Assembly (NCBI GenBank): GCA_951804945.1
Contig: OX638149.1
Coordinates: forward strand, 114,700,001 to 114,764,000
DNA from: Podarcis cretensis
Lineage: Eukaryota
DNA length: 64,000 bases
Direction: 5' to 3'
In this document: positions 12,655 to 24,474 of the stretch, piece after piece
Layout of the letters: every line of letters starts with the position of its first letter
Numbering within the stretch: position 1 is the first letter of the stretch
The notes under the pieces: generated by a model
Told to the model about the DNA's origin: nothing
Databases searched by the model: none
Seen by the model: only the letters and a program-made list of their open reading frames with translations
Position numbers and translations under genes: made by a program

Positions 12655-12712
12655 CCTTTGAGGAAGGTTAGATTGGGAGGCAAAAGAGACTGGAGCACCC
12701 AATAAGTTTCAT

Positions 12713-13350
12713 TGTCAAGGGGCTGATAGGACGATCAGGTCATTCACAGGTCAGAGACGGAGACACGGGTCTAAGGTGCAGTTAGTTTCTTTTATTACAG
12801 GAAGGAAAAAATACAAAGAGGCTCGTAAAGGCAACCCCCTGTCATGAAGAAGTTGGTTGAACTGGCATGCAGCCCCCCTTCCTTGCTCTATAGCCCTCTG
12901 AGTCAGGGCTCCTCCCCTGTAATCCTCTGCTATGGTGAGCAGCAGGAGCCTCTCTGTGTGCCTGCGTGGGCCACTGCTCAGCAACATGTAACATCCTTCA
13001 CATTCTGAGGGTCAATGGGGCCAGAAAGCCTTCAGCAGAGAGGCTGTCCTGTTGGTGGTGTGGGAAAGATGCAGAGTCTGGCTACTGTCTGTCTTCTCTG
13101 TCAGAGCCTGCATCCAAACTGGAAACCTTACCACCCTGCTCCGTGGTAAGTCACGTACCTGCTGCTGCCTTTCTGTGATCCTTCATACTTCCTGCTTCTA
13201 GGACTTCCCAGCTTGTCCCCTCCTCTGAGGTGTGGCCGGTATCCCACCACAAGGATCTGGGATCTAAGTCGTCATCTTCTGTACCCTCTTGGGGGGCAGT
13301 CTTGGGTGAGTAGCTCTTCCCACTCTTCCTCATCCAGCCAGTCCCTGACA
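12713..13350 (-). mobile_element. Solo LTR (Gypsy-like), 638 bp
   Basis: TGTCAAGGGGCTG...CAGTCCCTGACA termini (TG..CA, short inverted repeat). Perfect 5-bp TSD TTCAT (12708-12712 / 13351-13355). AATAAA on the minus strand near 12791. Confidence 0.87.
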
Positions 13351-14315
13351 TTCATGATTGTATCAGAGATTGACCCTAGATCTCCCCACCCACAGTCTGA
13401 CACACTAAACCAAGAATGTATACCCTTTCTTGACCTGATAGCCACTGGATACCTTGGCAAATCCTCCAGTTAGTCAGTAATGATGGGATGTGTAAAGTCC
13501 CCAGTTCCCTATCCCTGGTTCCCTATCCCTGCTGTTGACCCAACAACCAGGAAGTGATCATTAAACATACAGCAACACTGTTCTACAGAACGGTTCCTTG
13601 CACCACACCATTCAGTGGTGCATCATGCTACAATACAGTTTCACTTGGCATCAGAGTACAGGGTAATTTCCTCCATATCAATTAATTCTGTCATGGGCTG
13701 AATTCTCCCCCACAGGTACATTTTGCATGCCAGGGTTTTTCACCTGCATGCACATGATTAGAACTGATCAGCATCTGGACACTGTTACTTAAAAGGGAAT
13801 GAAACAGATCTGTTGCAGATGTTTTCATTTAACATTTGAGAACCTTCTGTGGGACTAGAAGATTTAATTTTCTGGTCATCTGTCTTTTTAATAATGAGTA
13901 TGTTACATTACTGAATATATTCTGCCTCCTGTACTACTGCTCCTGGAAGAGACACACAAATAAAATGGAGATTTAAATGAGTCCGGGATGTCTGCCATTG
14001 TTCAAAACAAAGGGACAGTAGGCAAATTCAAAAGGTTCTCAAAATATTTGGAAAATTAAAAAAGAAAGTATATATTATTATTAGAGTACATTTATTAAGG
14101 GCAAATCAAGACAATTTTTATGTTCAAGTAGCTTTGCTTCTATTTCAGGGTCAAAACACAGCCTATGACACAGCTAGAATAATAGATATTTATCCTGAGA
14201 CTGGAGAAGGTGCCAGTTAAAACTGCAAAGCAAATTAAGTGTGTAAGGAACTGTTGCTCTAAGGAAACATTTTATTTACTTCCCTGGTTTGGGGTGATCT
14301 GAAAGGAAGTGTAGA

Positions 14316-14600
14316 GAAAAAACTTCCGGGTTGGCGCCATTGCCGAATGGCAGACTCCCTCCGAGCTTCGGAGGGAGCCTGCTCGGCAGGGGCTGGGTTC
14401 TACCGCGCCGGCGACGCGGGGACCCTCAAAAACCATGGGCGCTGAAACCCATGGGCATGGTGACTCGGCGGGCACCGTTTGCGCCCCCCGACCCGCGAAG
14501 GAGCCTTTTTAAAGGCTGCGGAGCGGGTGACAGGGGGGTGGTGCTATGAGTCCTCCGCTTCCCCTGCCGAGCGAAGCCGCATGCCATTCGACGGAGAGCA
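14316..14600 (+). promoter_or_regulatory. Putative internal Pol II promoter (CpG-rich 5' UTR) of the L1-type element
   Basis: Very dense CpG cluster. ETS-like ACTTCCGG and YY1-like CGCCAT lie within the first 30 bp. Function is inferred by analogy to L1 5' UTRs. Confidence 0.5.
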
Positions 14601-15937
14601 CTGACTTCTTCCATTGAAAATTTGGTCTTTAAAAGAATAACCTGTGAGTAACTGGAACTTGGATTAAAAAAGGGGAAAAATTCTATTTAAATTCGGAGCG
14701 AGCGGGGGAGGTGCAAAAAGGAAGTCAGTCCCCCCCCCCTGTTGTAGAGGAGCTAAAGCAAAGGATTTGACAACTAAGATCGAGTGCAACCTTTTTTTGA
14801 TAAAGTTATTAACTTCGCGATGGAAAATTATAAGACTGGGCTGGAGGAGAAAAGCGGAATGTGAATTAAAATGCAACCCACCCCCGGAAACCCCGGGAGC
14901 GATCTGTAAGAGCGCCGGGAGAGGAGAAATAGAGGTTTTGACAGCTGTTAAAGGAGCTGTCAAAGCGGAAGAACAAAAAGAGAACTTTGTTACGAGGACT
15001 TTGCTGGTCACATTTGTTACAAATTGGATATAAATTGTTTAAAACAAGGAATAATAAGTTACTTTGACTGTTGGGTGTGATCGGGAAGGAAACTGAGTTA
15101 CTATAATCCCTCTAGAGGAGCTGTGGGACACTACAAGTATTGCTGGCATCGAATTTGAATAGGACTTTTTATCGCCTGGGAAACTGCAGAAATGGAACAC
15201 TATTTTGTCTACAGAGGTCTACACACTAAAGGAGACAATAGATTTATCTATTGAAGAATGGAAGGGACTTGACGTAATGTTTTGTTCCTGAATAACAAAG
15301 CCTCTGCAGAGGAATTAGAAGCTTTTTGGAATTAGAACATTTGTGCAGGAGAGCGGGGGGGGGGGGAAAGAGGAGGAGAGAGAACAACAAGAACAATAAG
15401 AATAACAAGTACTGGACAAAGTTGGAAGATAGACACCTTCCAAGATTGGACATGTGAAACCAAAGATGACCAAAAGATGGCAAAGACTAATAAAAAGACG
15501 GCAAAGCGGACTGGTGAAGGACTGTGGTTTAGATGTGGGAGCTCCAGGATGACAGTAGACATTGATGGACATTGGGAACGCAACCGGGAAAGGGGGGAGG
15601 GAAATTTGGAATCCAAAGGGTGTTAAATTACATTTTATTATTTTTTTTTATCTTTCTGTTTATCTTAATCTGTATTGCATATTAAAGAGGGGAACTCGTG
15701 GAAGGGAACAGGTCGATTTTAGGGGATGGGAAAATATTTTTTTTAAATTGGGCCAATGATAATAATTTTAAAATTTGGGGTAAGAATTTGTTGAATCTAT
15801 TTGAAAGAATTGGAATACAAGAGGGGGAGGGGAGGGGAAGTCCTGGAAAGATGCCAATGAAAATAAGGTTTTAAATTTGGATGTTTTTCTTTTTCTGTTA
15901 TATTTGAAAATCTTTAATAAATATTAATAAAAAAAAA
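14316..15937 (+). mobile_element. Complete 1.6-kb L1-type non-autonomous retroelement (no ORF2)
   Basis: Perfect 16-bp TSD TGAAAGGAAGTGTAGA (14300-14315 / 15938-15953). CpG-rich 5' end, G-rich 3' tract followed by GGAAGTC as in the L1 at 62799, AATAAA and poly(A). No RT or endonuclease motifs in any frame. Confidence 0.85.
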
Positions 15938-17836
15938 TGAAAGGAAGTGTAGAAATGTACGGCAAATCACAGGACATTTTTTTCTTTTAGGTTTTAGGTT
16001 GCTCTTCCAACCATTCTGTCCATGAAAACATTTGAGCTTGTTCCTTTAATTTTGCTCTCGCTGTGAAACGTCCTCAAAGTATCAAGCTAGAGCCTAGATG
16101 GTGGACACTAGGTTGGCTTAGAAGATTCAAGGGGGAAAGACGTGATGGTGGGGCTGTTGCCACCATCTGCTACCTAAGGCAGCTCCTCACTTCGAAAAAT
16201 GATAGAACTGAACCTGCCAATGACTGACTCATGCCATGTGGAATACGGCTGTGCACAGAATCCGGCCTAAGCATCAAGAACCAATTCAGGACTAAGATCC
16301 AGGTCAGGTTGCCCCTGGATCATTGAATCAGGGTGATCCAAAATGCTGGACTTGGATCTTGGATTGGATCTGGGAAGTGGGGGCATCCATAGCCCTAATA
16401 ATCATTGTTGAGATTTTGATGATGTGCAAAATTCACGTCTTAAAATTCAGTAATGAATTTAATAGGAATTCTAATCCTAGAAAGTTTTATTGGCATGTCT
16501 CCTTACAGTATCTTCAAAAACATAATGAGCTGCTTTCCTATAATCTGCAGGCTGTTTCACTCAGAGCAGAATACTCAGAATTTGAGGGCTGACTGCCACA
16601 TGAACTTACTCCATGGACAAGCATTTTGCTTGAGGTGATGTGAAGTTCTAGTAGTGGTGTTTGACCTGCAGTGGCTCACATTGCCATCTGGTGATTCTTC
16701 CATCAAATGATGAGCATGCATATGTGCCCATATGAGCATATGAGCATGCATACGAGCCCAGGTTTTCTGCTATTTTGATGGCACATTTTAGACACTCAAC
16801 ATGCTGACACAACAAGCACGGGGAATTTAACGACATATGTGAAATATTCATTTCGTTGTACAAATGGCAAGATCCAGATAACGAGTCTTCAGAATCCACT
16901 CAGAATTCTCTTAAGTGGGTTTCCAGGGAATATTTTTAATGCTGCAAAATCAGTGTTGTTAATTGCTGTTCTGGAGCAGAGTCAGATTGAGGGCAGCGTG
17001 ACCGGTTCTGCCACACTGGGTGCTGAGTCTAAGGGGTGCCACAGGGCATCACAACTATGATGTAGTGAACTGAGCAAAACAGAAGGCTGGTGGAGGGCTG
17101 GGATGACATCCAAAATTTGGCCTCACACATGGTGCTGATGAAATTTGAAAGACCAAAGTCTTCCATTGCCTGGAGAAACCACAGATCTGCATTGTGCCAA
17201 GTATGCTCTGTGCAGATTCACATTAGAAGTCCATCCTAACTTAGCTAGAGTCACTGCTGTGAATCTCAATCAGGCACACATCATTTTAAAGCCATCAGAT
17301 GCCTTCCCATTCTGCCTAACAACCCATGAAGAACCTATTCTGAAACACCTTTGGAAAAGCAATCTTGATTAAAAATCTCTTACACATTTGGAAAAGAATT
17401 TCACAAGCCCTCACAAAGGACTCTGCCAGAAAAGTCCCAGCTCCCCTCTACCCTTACGTTTGAATTGCTACTAATAATAGGAACATCTCCCTTTTATAAT
17501 TTTGAATATAAAAGCCTTTTGCCGAGTAGGTATCAGTGGAACAATGCTGAAAGAAACAGAGTAGCATGCATAATCTAGCAGCCCATGTGATGTACATTAC
17601 CTCTCCCTGGGTAATTCGTACATCTTGATTTAAATTAAAGTGATGGGCCTGACTATTATAGAGTCTTAGGCCTACTGGTTCCTTAATATAATGTGCCCAT
17701 GACAATGTTGCTGCAAATTGCATAGCTCGGCATATTCAAGTTATGGACCTCAGATCAAATTCAATTTCCTCTGAAGGAAACAAGGTTTGTATTGGCGGAA
17801 CAGTTTTAGGTTATAGGGCAAAACTATAGTTGAAGC

Positions 17837-18031
17837 CAGCCTTTCCCAACCTTGGGTTTATTGATGTTCCTGGACTCTGCAGATGTTTCTAGTCTCCAAC
17901 CTCTGGTAGTCCCAACTAACACAGCCAACAGTCCACAACTCCCGTCATCCCTGACTGTTGGCTGTGCTGGTTGACACTACCAGAGGTTGGAGACCAGAAA
18001 CATCTGCAGAGCCACAGATTTGGGAAGGACG
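17837..18031. mobile_element. hAT (Charlie-like) hairpin MITE with an internal inverted duplication
   Basis: CAGCCTTTCCCAA...TTGGGAAGGACG ends. Family core ACAACTCCCGTCATCCCTGAC. Extra 59-bp inverted copy (see findings). Confidence 0.75.
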
Positions 18032-18294
18032 ATCTGAGCCAATGGTACGGTCAGGAGTGGTCAAAAATTAATAGTCCACAGCTGTGATGGATACTTTGTT
18101 ATCAGTGAAACTTGGTGGTTTTGCAGTTCTCCATTTTAAATGCCTCTCAACATGTTCATACCAATCCTTACCCATTTCCCTCTTTGTGGATCTCTTTACC
18201 CGACTTGCAAACAAGATTAAGTGGAACGGGAGAAATACAGTAACAAATGCCTCAGTATTTCCATTTTTAAGGCTGCAGTATGGTTACATGGAAG

Positions 18295-18726
18295 TAGGCT
18301 GGATGGATCTATTAATTTCAGTTTCTCTTTTTCTCATTTCTCCATTCTTAAGTTCACTTGTCCACATTTCCATGTTAGTTGGCTTAAAAAAAAAAAAAGT
18401 CCTCATGAAAATTCATGAACATTTTAACATTTTCCCCCAATAGACACATCTGTATGCAATTTTGCCTAATACAAACAAAACTATTTTGCATGTTGGCAGG
18501 CTATTTTCACAAATATATGAATACCTATATGCTATTTTCACTCAGATATCCACATGTTACCCTACTATATGCATTTTTGTACTAAATACTTGGCTGAAGG
18601 ACTGCATTGAAAAGGTCAGAGAAGCTCAAATTTCAAAGAATGGCTGCATTTTGATTCCTTGGAAAGTGTGAAATAGGTAAGTTTGCTTTTAAATGTGAAC
18701 CAAATCAAATTTCTTCCCCATTCCTG
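18295..18726 (-). mobile_element. AT-rich hAT-like non-autonomous element (TAGGGATG-TIR family)
   Basis: Reverse complement of the family at 28696-29052 and 57485-58155 (shared CAAATCAAATTTCTTCCCCATTCC end and AAAGTCCTCATGAAAATTCA block). Confidence 0.68.
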
Positions 18727-19821
18727 GCCCAGAAGTCATGACTTCTCAGCCTCAACAAGAACAAAAATTTCTTGGATGGAAATTCAGACTGGCATTCTGA
18801 ATAAGTTTTTTTAATGGGGCTGAGTCAAAATTTATTTTATATTATTGGGGGGTGGGGGGGTTGCATACAGAAGGAGATGAGCTGTGTTGCATTTTTTTTA
18901 TAAGTATAAACTAACATTCCCACTGTATTAAGTCATGCATTTCTACCGTATTTGACATAACAGAATGATGATGATGATTACTGTTTTTGTTGTGTCTCTC
19001 TGATTGTCAACAAACAAAAAATTCCAGAGGACTGGTAGAGTATCATTATGGCTACTTCCAAACAGAAAAGACTCTTTCTGAAAATGAATCACTGGAAATT
19101 TCCACTGAACTAATTTGGCAGGATGCTCCCCTAGAAAAGAACCCCAGAATCTAGATGGCGGGGGGAGGGGACAGAATATCATACATATGCAGCTGAAAAG
19201 CATGAATTATTCAGCCTCATCATGAATATGTATTTGGGGATTTAAAAATATGTATTATTAACCAAGCAAACGCAGATCTGATGATTAATGAGCAAAGTGG
19301 ATCAAAACCCAGTTCCCTGTACAATAAATGCCAGCCTGATGGGGAGACAGATAAACTGTGTTTAAATGTAAATATTATTAACTGAGGAAGCTGTAGGTAC
19401 ACCCAAGCTATTTTTAAGCATTAGTAACTTGGGAATTGGAATTTGCTTTTTAATCTTTCAACATATCTGATCCATAATTTCTATTACTCTTCTGCAATAG
19501 CCCATTTTAAACAAGACAATTGTATACATAAGGGCTATCCATATGAAACTTCTGTAGCCTGATAATGTGAAAAATGGAAAGGTGATTTCTTTGACATTTT
19601 AATAAATCTCTCCTGGGATTGTGATTGTGGGTATTTATGTACTTTCATTGATGGGCTAGATAGTAAGGAAAAAAATCCCCTTATTTTCCATTTCAAAGGT
19701 GAAATATTCACATTACTTATTAATAACTAAATGCTAGGTGTGCATGGAAGACCAATGGGGCCAATCCTACCATTGGGTAGCGTGAGATGGTCATGTTAAG
19801 ATGCCATAAAGAAAAATAGCA

Positions 19822-19822
<1 letters not shown>

Positions 19823-19856
<34 letters not shown>
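19823..19856. repeat. (GATA)n microsatellite
   Basis: Direct reading. Confidence 0.95.
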
Positions 19857-20071
19857 TGATTGTAAGTTTGCTGCTTGGGAGAGAGGGTCTTGTGGGATCT
19901 TCTGCCTCAGGTGCAGCTGGGGTTAGGGAGGATGCACTTGACTGAGGAAGGCACAATATGTTTTTTTAATGTAATTTCAAAAAACAACAGAAACATGTAA
20001 TTTGGTGTCAATAAGTGTGGGGCTATTTAATTTGTACGCTTTATGCATTTGGGCATGTTTAATCAACACTC

Positions 20072-20190
20072 GAAGCTACCAGCATGAGTTTGACCAAACT
20101 GCGGGAGGCAGTGGAAGGCAGGAGTGCCTGGCGTACTCTGGGCCATGGGGTCACGAAGAGTCGGAGACGACTAAACGACTAAACAGCAAC
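20072..20190 (+). mobile_element. BovB 3' end only (~120 bp)
   Basis: Matches the last 120 bp of the long BovB copies. TSD AATCAACACTC (20061-20071 / 20191-20201). Confidence 0.92.
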
Positions 20191-20617
20191 AATCAACACT
20201 CATCCTCTGCACTCTCCCTGTGCTTGGTTTCTGCTTGTGGACTTCCCATGGGCATCTGGTTGGCCACTGTGTGAACAAAGCGCTGTTCCAGAAGGGCCAT
20301 TGGTCTGATCTGGTGGTGCTATTCTTATGCTCTTACACATAGGAGAACATCCCATGTGGGGGTTACGTATGAGTAACATACATGTAAGTCTGGATTGCAA
20401 ATGCTTATGCATCTCTTTTGACCTCTCATCTAACAAAGGGGACATGGAGAGTTGGAGGGAAGGACTTAGGCAGAGGGGAAAACCAAATATAAGGCAGGAG
20501 GTTGAACCACATGATACTCGTGGTCCCTTCCAACTCTACAATTGCATGATTCTAAGTTTAGGGTATTTAGGAAGTGGGAGAAAGGGATGCAAATAGCAGT
20601 GAGGTACGGGCTGAAAG

Positions 20618-20967
20618 GGAACGCGCGTGGCGCTGTGGGTTAAACCACAGAGCCTAGGACTTGCCGATCAGAAGGTCGGCGGTTCGAATCCCCGTAACGG
20701 GGTGAGCTCCCGTTGTTCAGTCTCAGCTCCTGCCCACCTAGCAGTTCAAAAGCACGTCAAAGTGCAAGTAGATAAATAGGTACCGCTCCGACGGGAAGGT
20801 AAATGGTGTTTCTGTGCGCTGCTTTGGTTTGCCAGAAGCAGCTTAGTCATGCTGGCCACATGACTCGGAAGCTGTACGCCGGCTCCCTCGGCCAATAAAG
20901 TGAAATGAGTGCCACCACCCCAGAGTCGGCCACAACTGGACCTAATGGTCAGGGGTCCCTTTACCTT
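20618..20967 (+). mobile_element. Sauria SINE, full length
   Basis: Intact B box GGTTCGAATCCC, (TTTACC) tail, 13-bp TSD TACGGGCTGAAAG (20605-20617 / 20968-20980). Confidence 0.94.
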
Positions 20968-23349
20968 TACGGGCTGAAAGAGTTGTGGTGCTAGCCAAGT
21001 TTATCATTATGCTTGCCTGGCACACTTTTAATATATTTCAGCTGTTTTCCACTCAGCAACTAAAGAAGAGAAAACATCGTTCATTCTAGTTCCAGTGTTC
21101 AGAGATGAGTGCTGTTACATATATAGCCAAAATGGAACCACGCACACATACACGAGGAAAGTATCAACAGGTTTTGGGGGTCCCCAAGACTTGCAAAAGT
21201 ACAAAATAAAATCTTCTGGGGATACCTCTGAAACAGATAAGCTCAGAGCATGCTCAGTGACAATAGGACGTTGACTGGTTGTTGGGGCAGGAGATAGAAT
21301 AACTGGGTGGGAGGGATAACTGAGCAGGAGAACTCCATGTTGTAACATTTTGTTTCAGCTTGCCCTGGTTACGTACACAACTGTGTATATACCCTTCCAC
21401 TCCTTCTGCCTGCCCCCACTGGCCTTTGGCTAAATGAGGCAAACCCTTACACCTTTTCAAAACGAAAATCCTGGATCAACTCAGACAACTGTTTGGAGGA
21501 AGATTCCATTTTGCTGCTAAAGAAAAGGACCAAGTGTGTTTAATGGTAATGTAATTGTGCCTAGTAATATATTAATCCCTCACTGATTGTAATTTCCTTG
21601 ATTAAGTTTTAGCACTCAGGCAATTCTTTCATAGCAGATCCACTATTTACTTAATGAATAATACATTCTCTTGTAAAATATATCTTCTGTGTCACACCTT
21701 CGCCCAATAGAAAGGTTAATGCAGCATTTTATAATGCCGAGACTGTGGCAGAAAGAAGAGGGGGGAGGGGGAAGGGAAGCTCTTCCAGCAAGCAGAAATG
21801 TCAACACATCTCTAATAAGACACAAAATGAAGTGTTATCAACTGCTGACTAGTAAGGAAGATTTTCTGAATTAATCACTAAGACAAACAACAGCACTGGG
21901 CAGATTAAAAAAAAAATAAGTTAATGAAACTTTCATTACAGAACTTTTCCATGTGTGAGTTCTTTTTGCAGCATTCTCAGCGGGGCCCGGGTTAAGCTAA
22001 AATGGCCTCATAAAATTCTCCATGGTGTTTGTTTCGTGGAAAAAATGGCAGCAGTGGTTGTGGAAGCAACCCCAACATTCCCTGGTGGGAGGTGGGATTT
22101 CCTAATACAGCAGTATGGATGGGAGCACACACAGAAAGAAAACTCTCAGGAAACTATTCTCAGATATTTCAACTCACCTGATGTTGCATAAAACTCTACT
22201 GCTATTAGTTCATATCGTTGGGTAAAGGGAGCAATGAGCTAAGAAAGGAGGGCTGGAAGGAGCAGGGGTGGAGTCCATTGCTTCCTTCAACAATATTAAA
22301 ATTGTACCGGGTTGAATCCACAGTTGTCCTAAATATTCCCCTGCAAGAACTGCTGGGAGAGAAATTCTATAGAGTATTCTTTTTGGGGTGGGGAGGGGAC
22401 AGAGTTTTGCAATGGGGGGACATATCTGAAAACAGTAAATTCTCTGAGAATTTCTCAGAATATTCTTCCCTGAGAATTTCAGCTCACCCTTCCTGCTTAA
22501 AACCTTCATAGGATATTTTAACAGACGTGAACAACACAGTTAATAAGGCTTCCTAAGTGAAGCAAAATTATATGGGAGCGCCAGTCTTGCTATTTTCTTG
22601 TAAGAAGCCTGTAACGAGAACATTTTTTAAAATAAGATAATACTAATCAGCAGCAGCATTTGTGAAGCAATGCAGCATTTTCAAAATCTAGAGTGTTCAG
22701 AAGAGCCTCAAATACATTATCTCGCTGACTTTGTAAAGTAGGTGAGGATTATTAGCCCTGTGTTACAGACAGTGTGACTGAGGCCAAGAAATAGCACCCT
22801 GCCGAAAGGATTCATAGCTGTGTTGAGATCTGAACTGCTACTATTTTTAGCTACTATTCTAGATGAGCTCTTGCATCACTAAGAATTCACCGTGTATCTT
22901 AATCCATATACCATGGAGGAGTAAGCTATGAATCAAGAATAATTTCAGATTTTGACATTTGAAGATAATGATTTACAAATAGAAATTCTGTAGAGTAATT
23001 ACAACCCTTACAAAACAGAGAAGGGCACCTGCTTGCACAGAAATTATATCTGCTACAAGAATTCCATGCAGCTGAAAGATGCATAATGGTTATGGCTCTC
23101 CAATCCTCCAGCACTGAACAAGTTGTCTAGTGTTGCTTCAGGCAAAGCAACATATTCATTCTACATATTAAATGAATTAAAGGAAACCTGGTGAAAACAG
23201 AGTGAGGAGAGCACTTGTTCAGAGCAGCCAAGGTATCTGAAAAGAAAGAATACCCAGATCTCATCTCCCTATGGATATGAATTCTCTATTCTCACCATTG
23301 CTCCAGCTGCCAGCTCTTTGCAAGGTTCTCTGCTCTGGTCTCTCTGACC

Positions 23350-23535
23350 AAGGGAGGAATCAAGGGCAGCACACATGCAGAAGAACTTGGGTTCAGTCCA
23401 TTGCATCTACAGTTGAAAAGGATCAGGTGGCAAGTGATGTGGAAGACCACTGTTGGAGACACTGTGAATCATGCTGTGAATCAGAATAGACAATGCTGGA
23501 CTACATGGATCCATGGTCTGACCTGGTATAATGGA
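23350..23535 (+). mobile_element. tRNA-derived SINE (family of 1490-1693), diverged
   Basis: CATGCAGAAG...GGTTCAGTCC...AGACAATGCTGGACTACATGGATCCATGGTCTGACCTGGTATAA. Confidence 0.62.
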
Positions 23536-23538
23536 GAG

Positions 23539-23901
23539 CAGGGACGTCCAACTCCCAAGAGACTGCAATCTACTCCCTGATTAAAAAAAAATGGAAGTGA
23601 ACTACCCATTTTTTTTTGGGGGGGGGGGGACCCAAAGTTGTTGAGCTTTTTAAAGGGAGGGAGACACCATACTTCTGCCGCTTCTTGGGGGGGAACGCAC
23701 CATTAATTGCTTGCCGAATAGAAAACACGGCAGAAATAACTCCGTCTTTGCAGTCGTGCACAAATGAAGGGAAAAGCAAGGGAGTGAGGCCAGATGCTCT
23801 TTTTCCCTCGTGGTGGAAAGTGAGCCTGCGATCAACCGCAATCGACCAATATCACCCGGGGATGGACCTGTCAATCGCGGTCAACCAGTTGGACATTCCT
23901 G
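23539..23901. mobile_element. hAT (Charlie-like) non-autonomous element
   Basis: TIR CAGGGACGTCCAACT / AGTTGGACATTCCTG (13/15). 8-bp TSD ATGGAGAG / ATGTAGAG. Confidence 0.83.
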
Positions 23902-24221
23902 ATGTAGAGCTTTGCACTGGATCCTGCAGAGCCTCAAACTATATCAGACCTATTCAGAGGGATCTGGGCATCAGTCATTGAGTTGAGAAAGCCCCAAATC
24001 TCTGCTGATTGGGTTGGGTGGACCAGAACAATCTGGGGCTGTTGGGGTGGGTGTCAGGAAGGAGAGGAGGGTGGGCAGGAAGGAGAAACCATGGAAACGT
24101 TTCTTTCGACTTATGGGGCAGCTTACTGGAGAAAGTAGGGGTGGGGTGAGTGGGTACATTTCCTACCAAAGATCTCCTTCCTGTCTCCTGAAGCAGCACC
24201 CCACACAATCCAACCCTCCTA

Positions 24222-24474
24222 CAGTGGTGCCTCGCAAGACGAAATTAATTCGTTCCACGAGTTGCTTCGTTTTGCCATTTTTTTGTCTTGCGGAGCGCGG
24301 ATTCCCTGGGTATTAACGGCTTTAAGAAAAAGGAAGCAAACCCGCAAGACGTTTTCGTCTTGTGAAGCAAGCCCATAGGGAAATTCGTCTTGCGAAGCAC
24401 CTCGAAAAACGGAAAACCCTTTCATCTAACGAGTTTTTCATCTTGCGAGGCATTCGTCTTGCGGGGCACCACTG
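24222..24474. mobile_element. Tigger-like MITE, family B
   Basis: TA|CAGTGGTGCCTCGCAAGACGAA...TTCGTCTTGCGGGGCACCACTG|TA. Internal repeats of TTCGTCTTGCG. Confidence 0.92.

Larger units (their letters stand above)
12355..13412 (-). mobile_element. Old MIR/Ther1-like CORE SINE, split by a PLE remnant and a solo LTR
   Basis: Removing the two inserts rejoins AACCCTTTGAGGAAGGTTAG...CACCCAATAAGTTTCATGATTG...GATTGACCCTAGATCTCCC...ACACTAAACCA, the usual antisense MIR-like pattern, with a (TTTA/TTTG)n tail. Confidence 0.62.
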
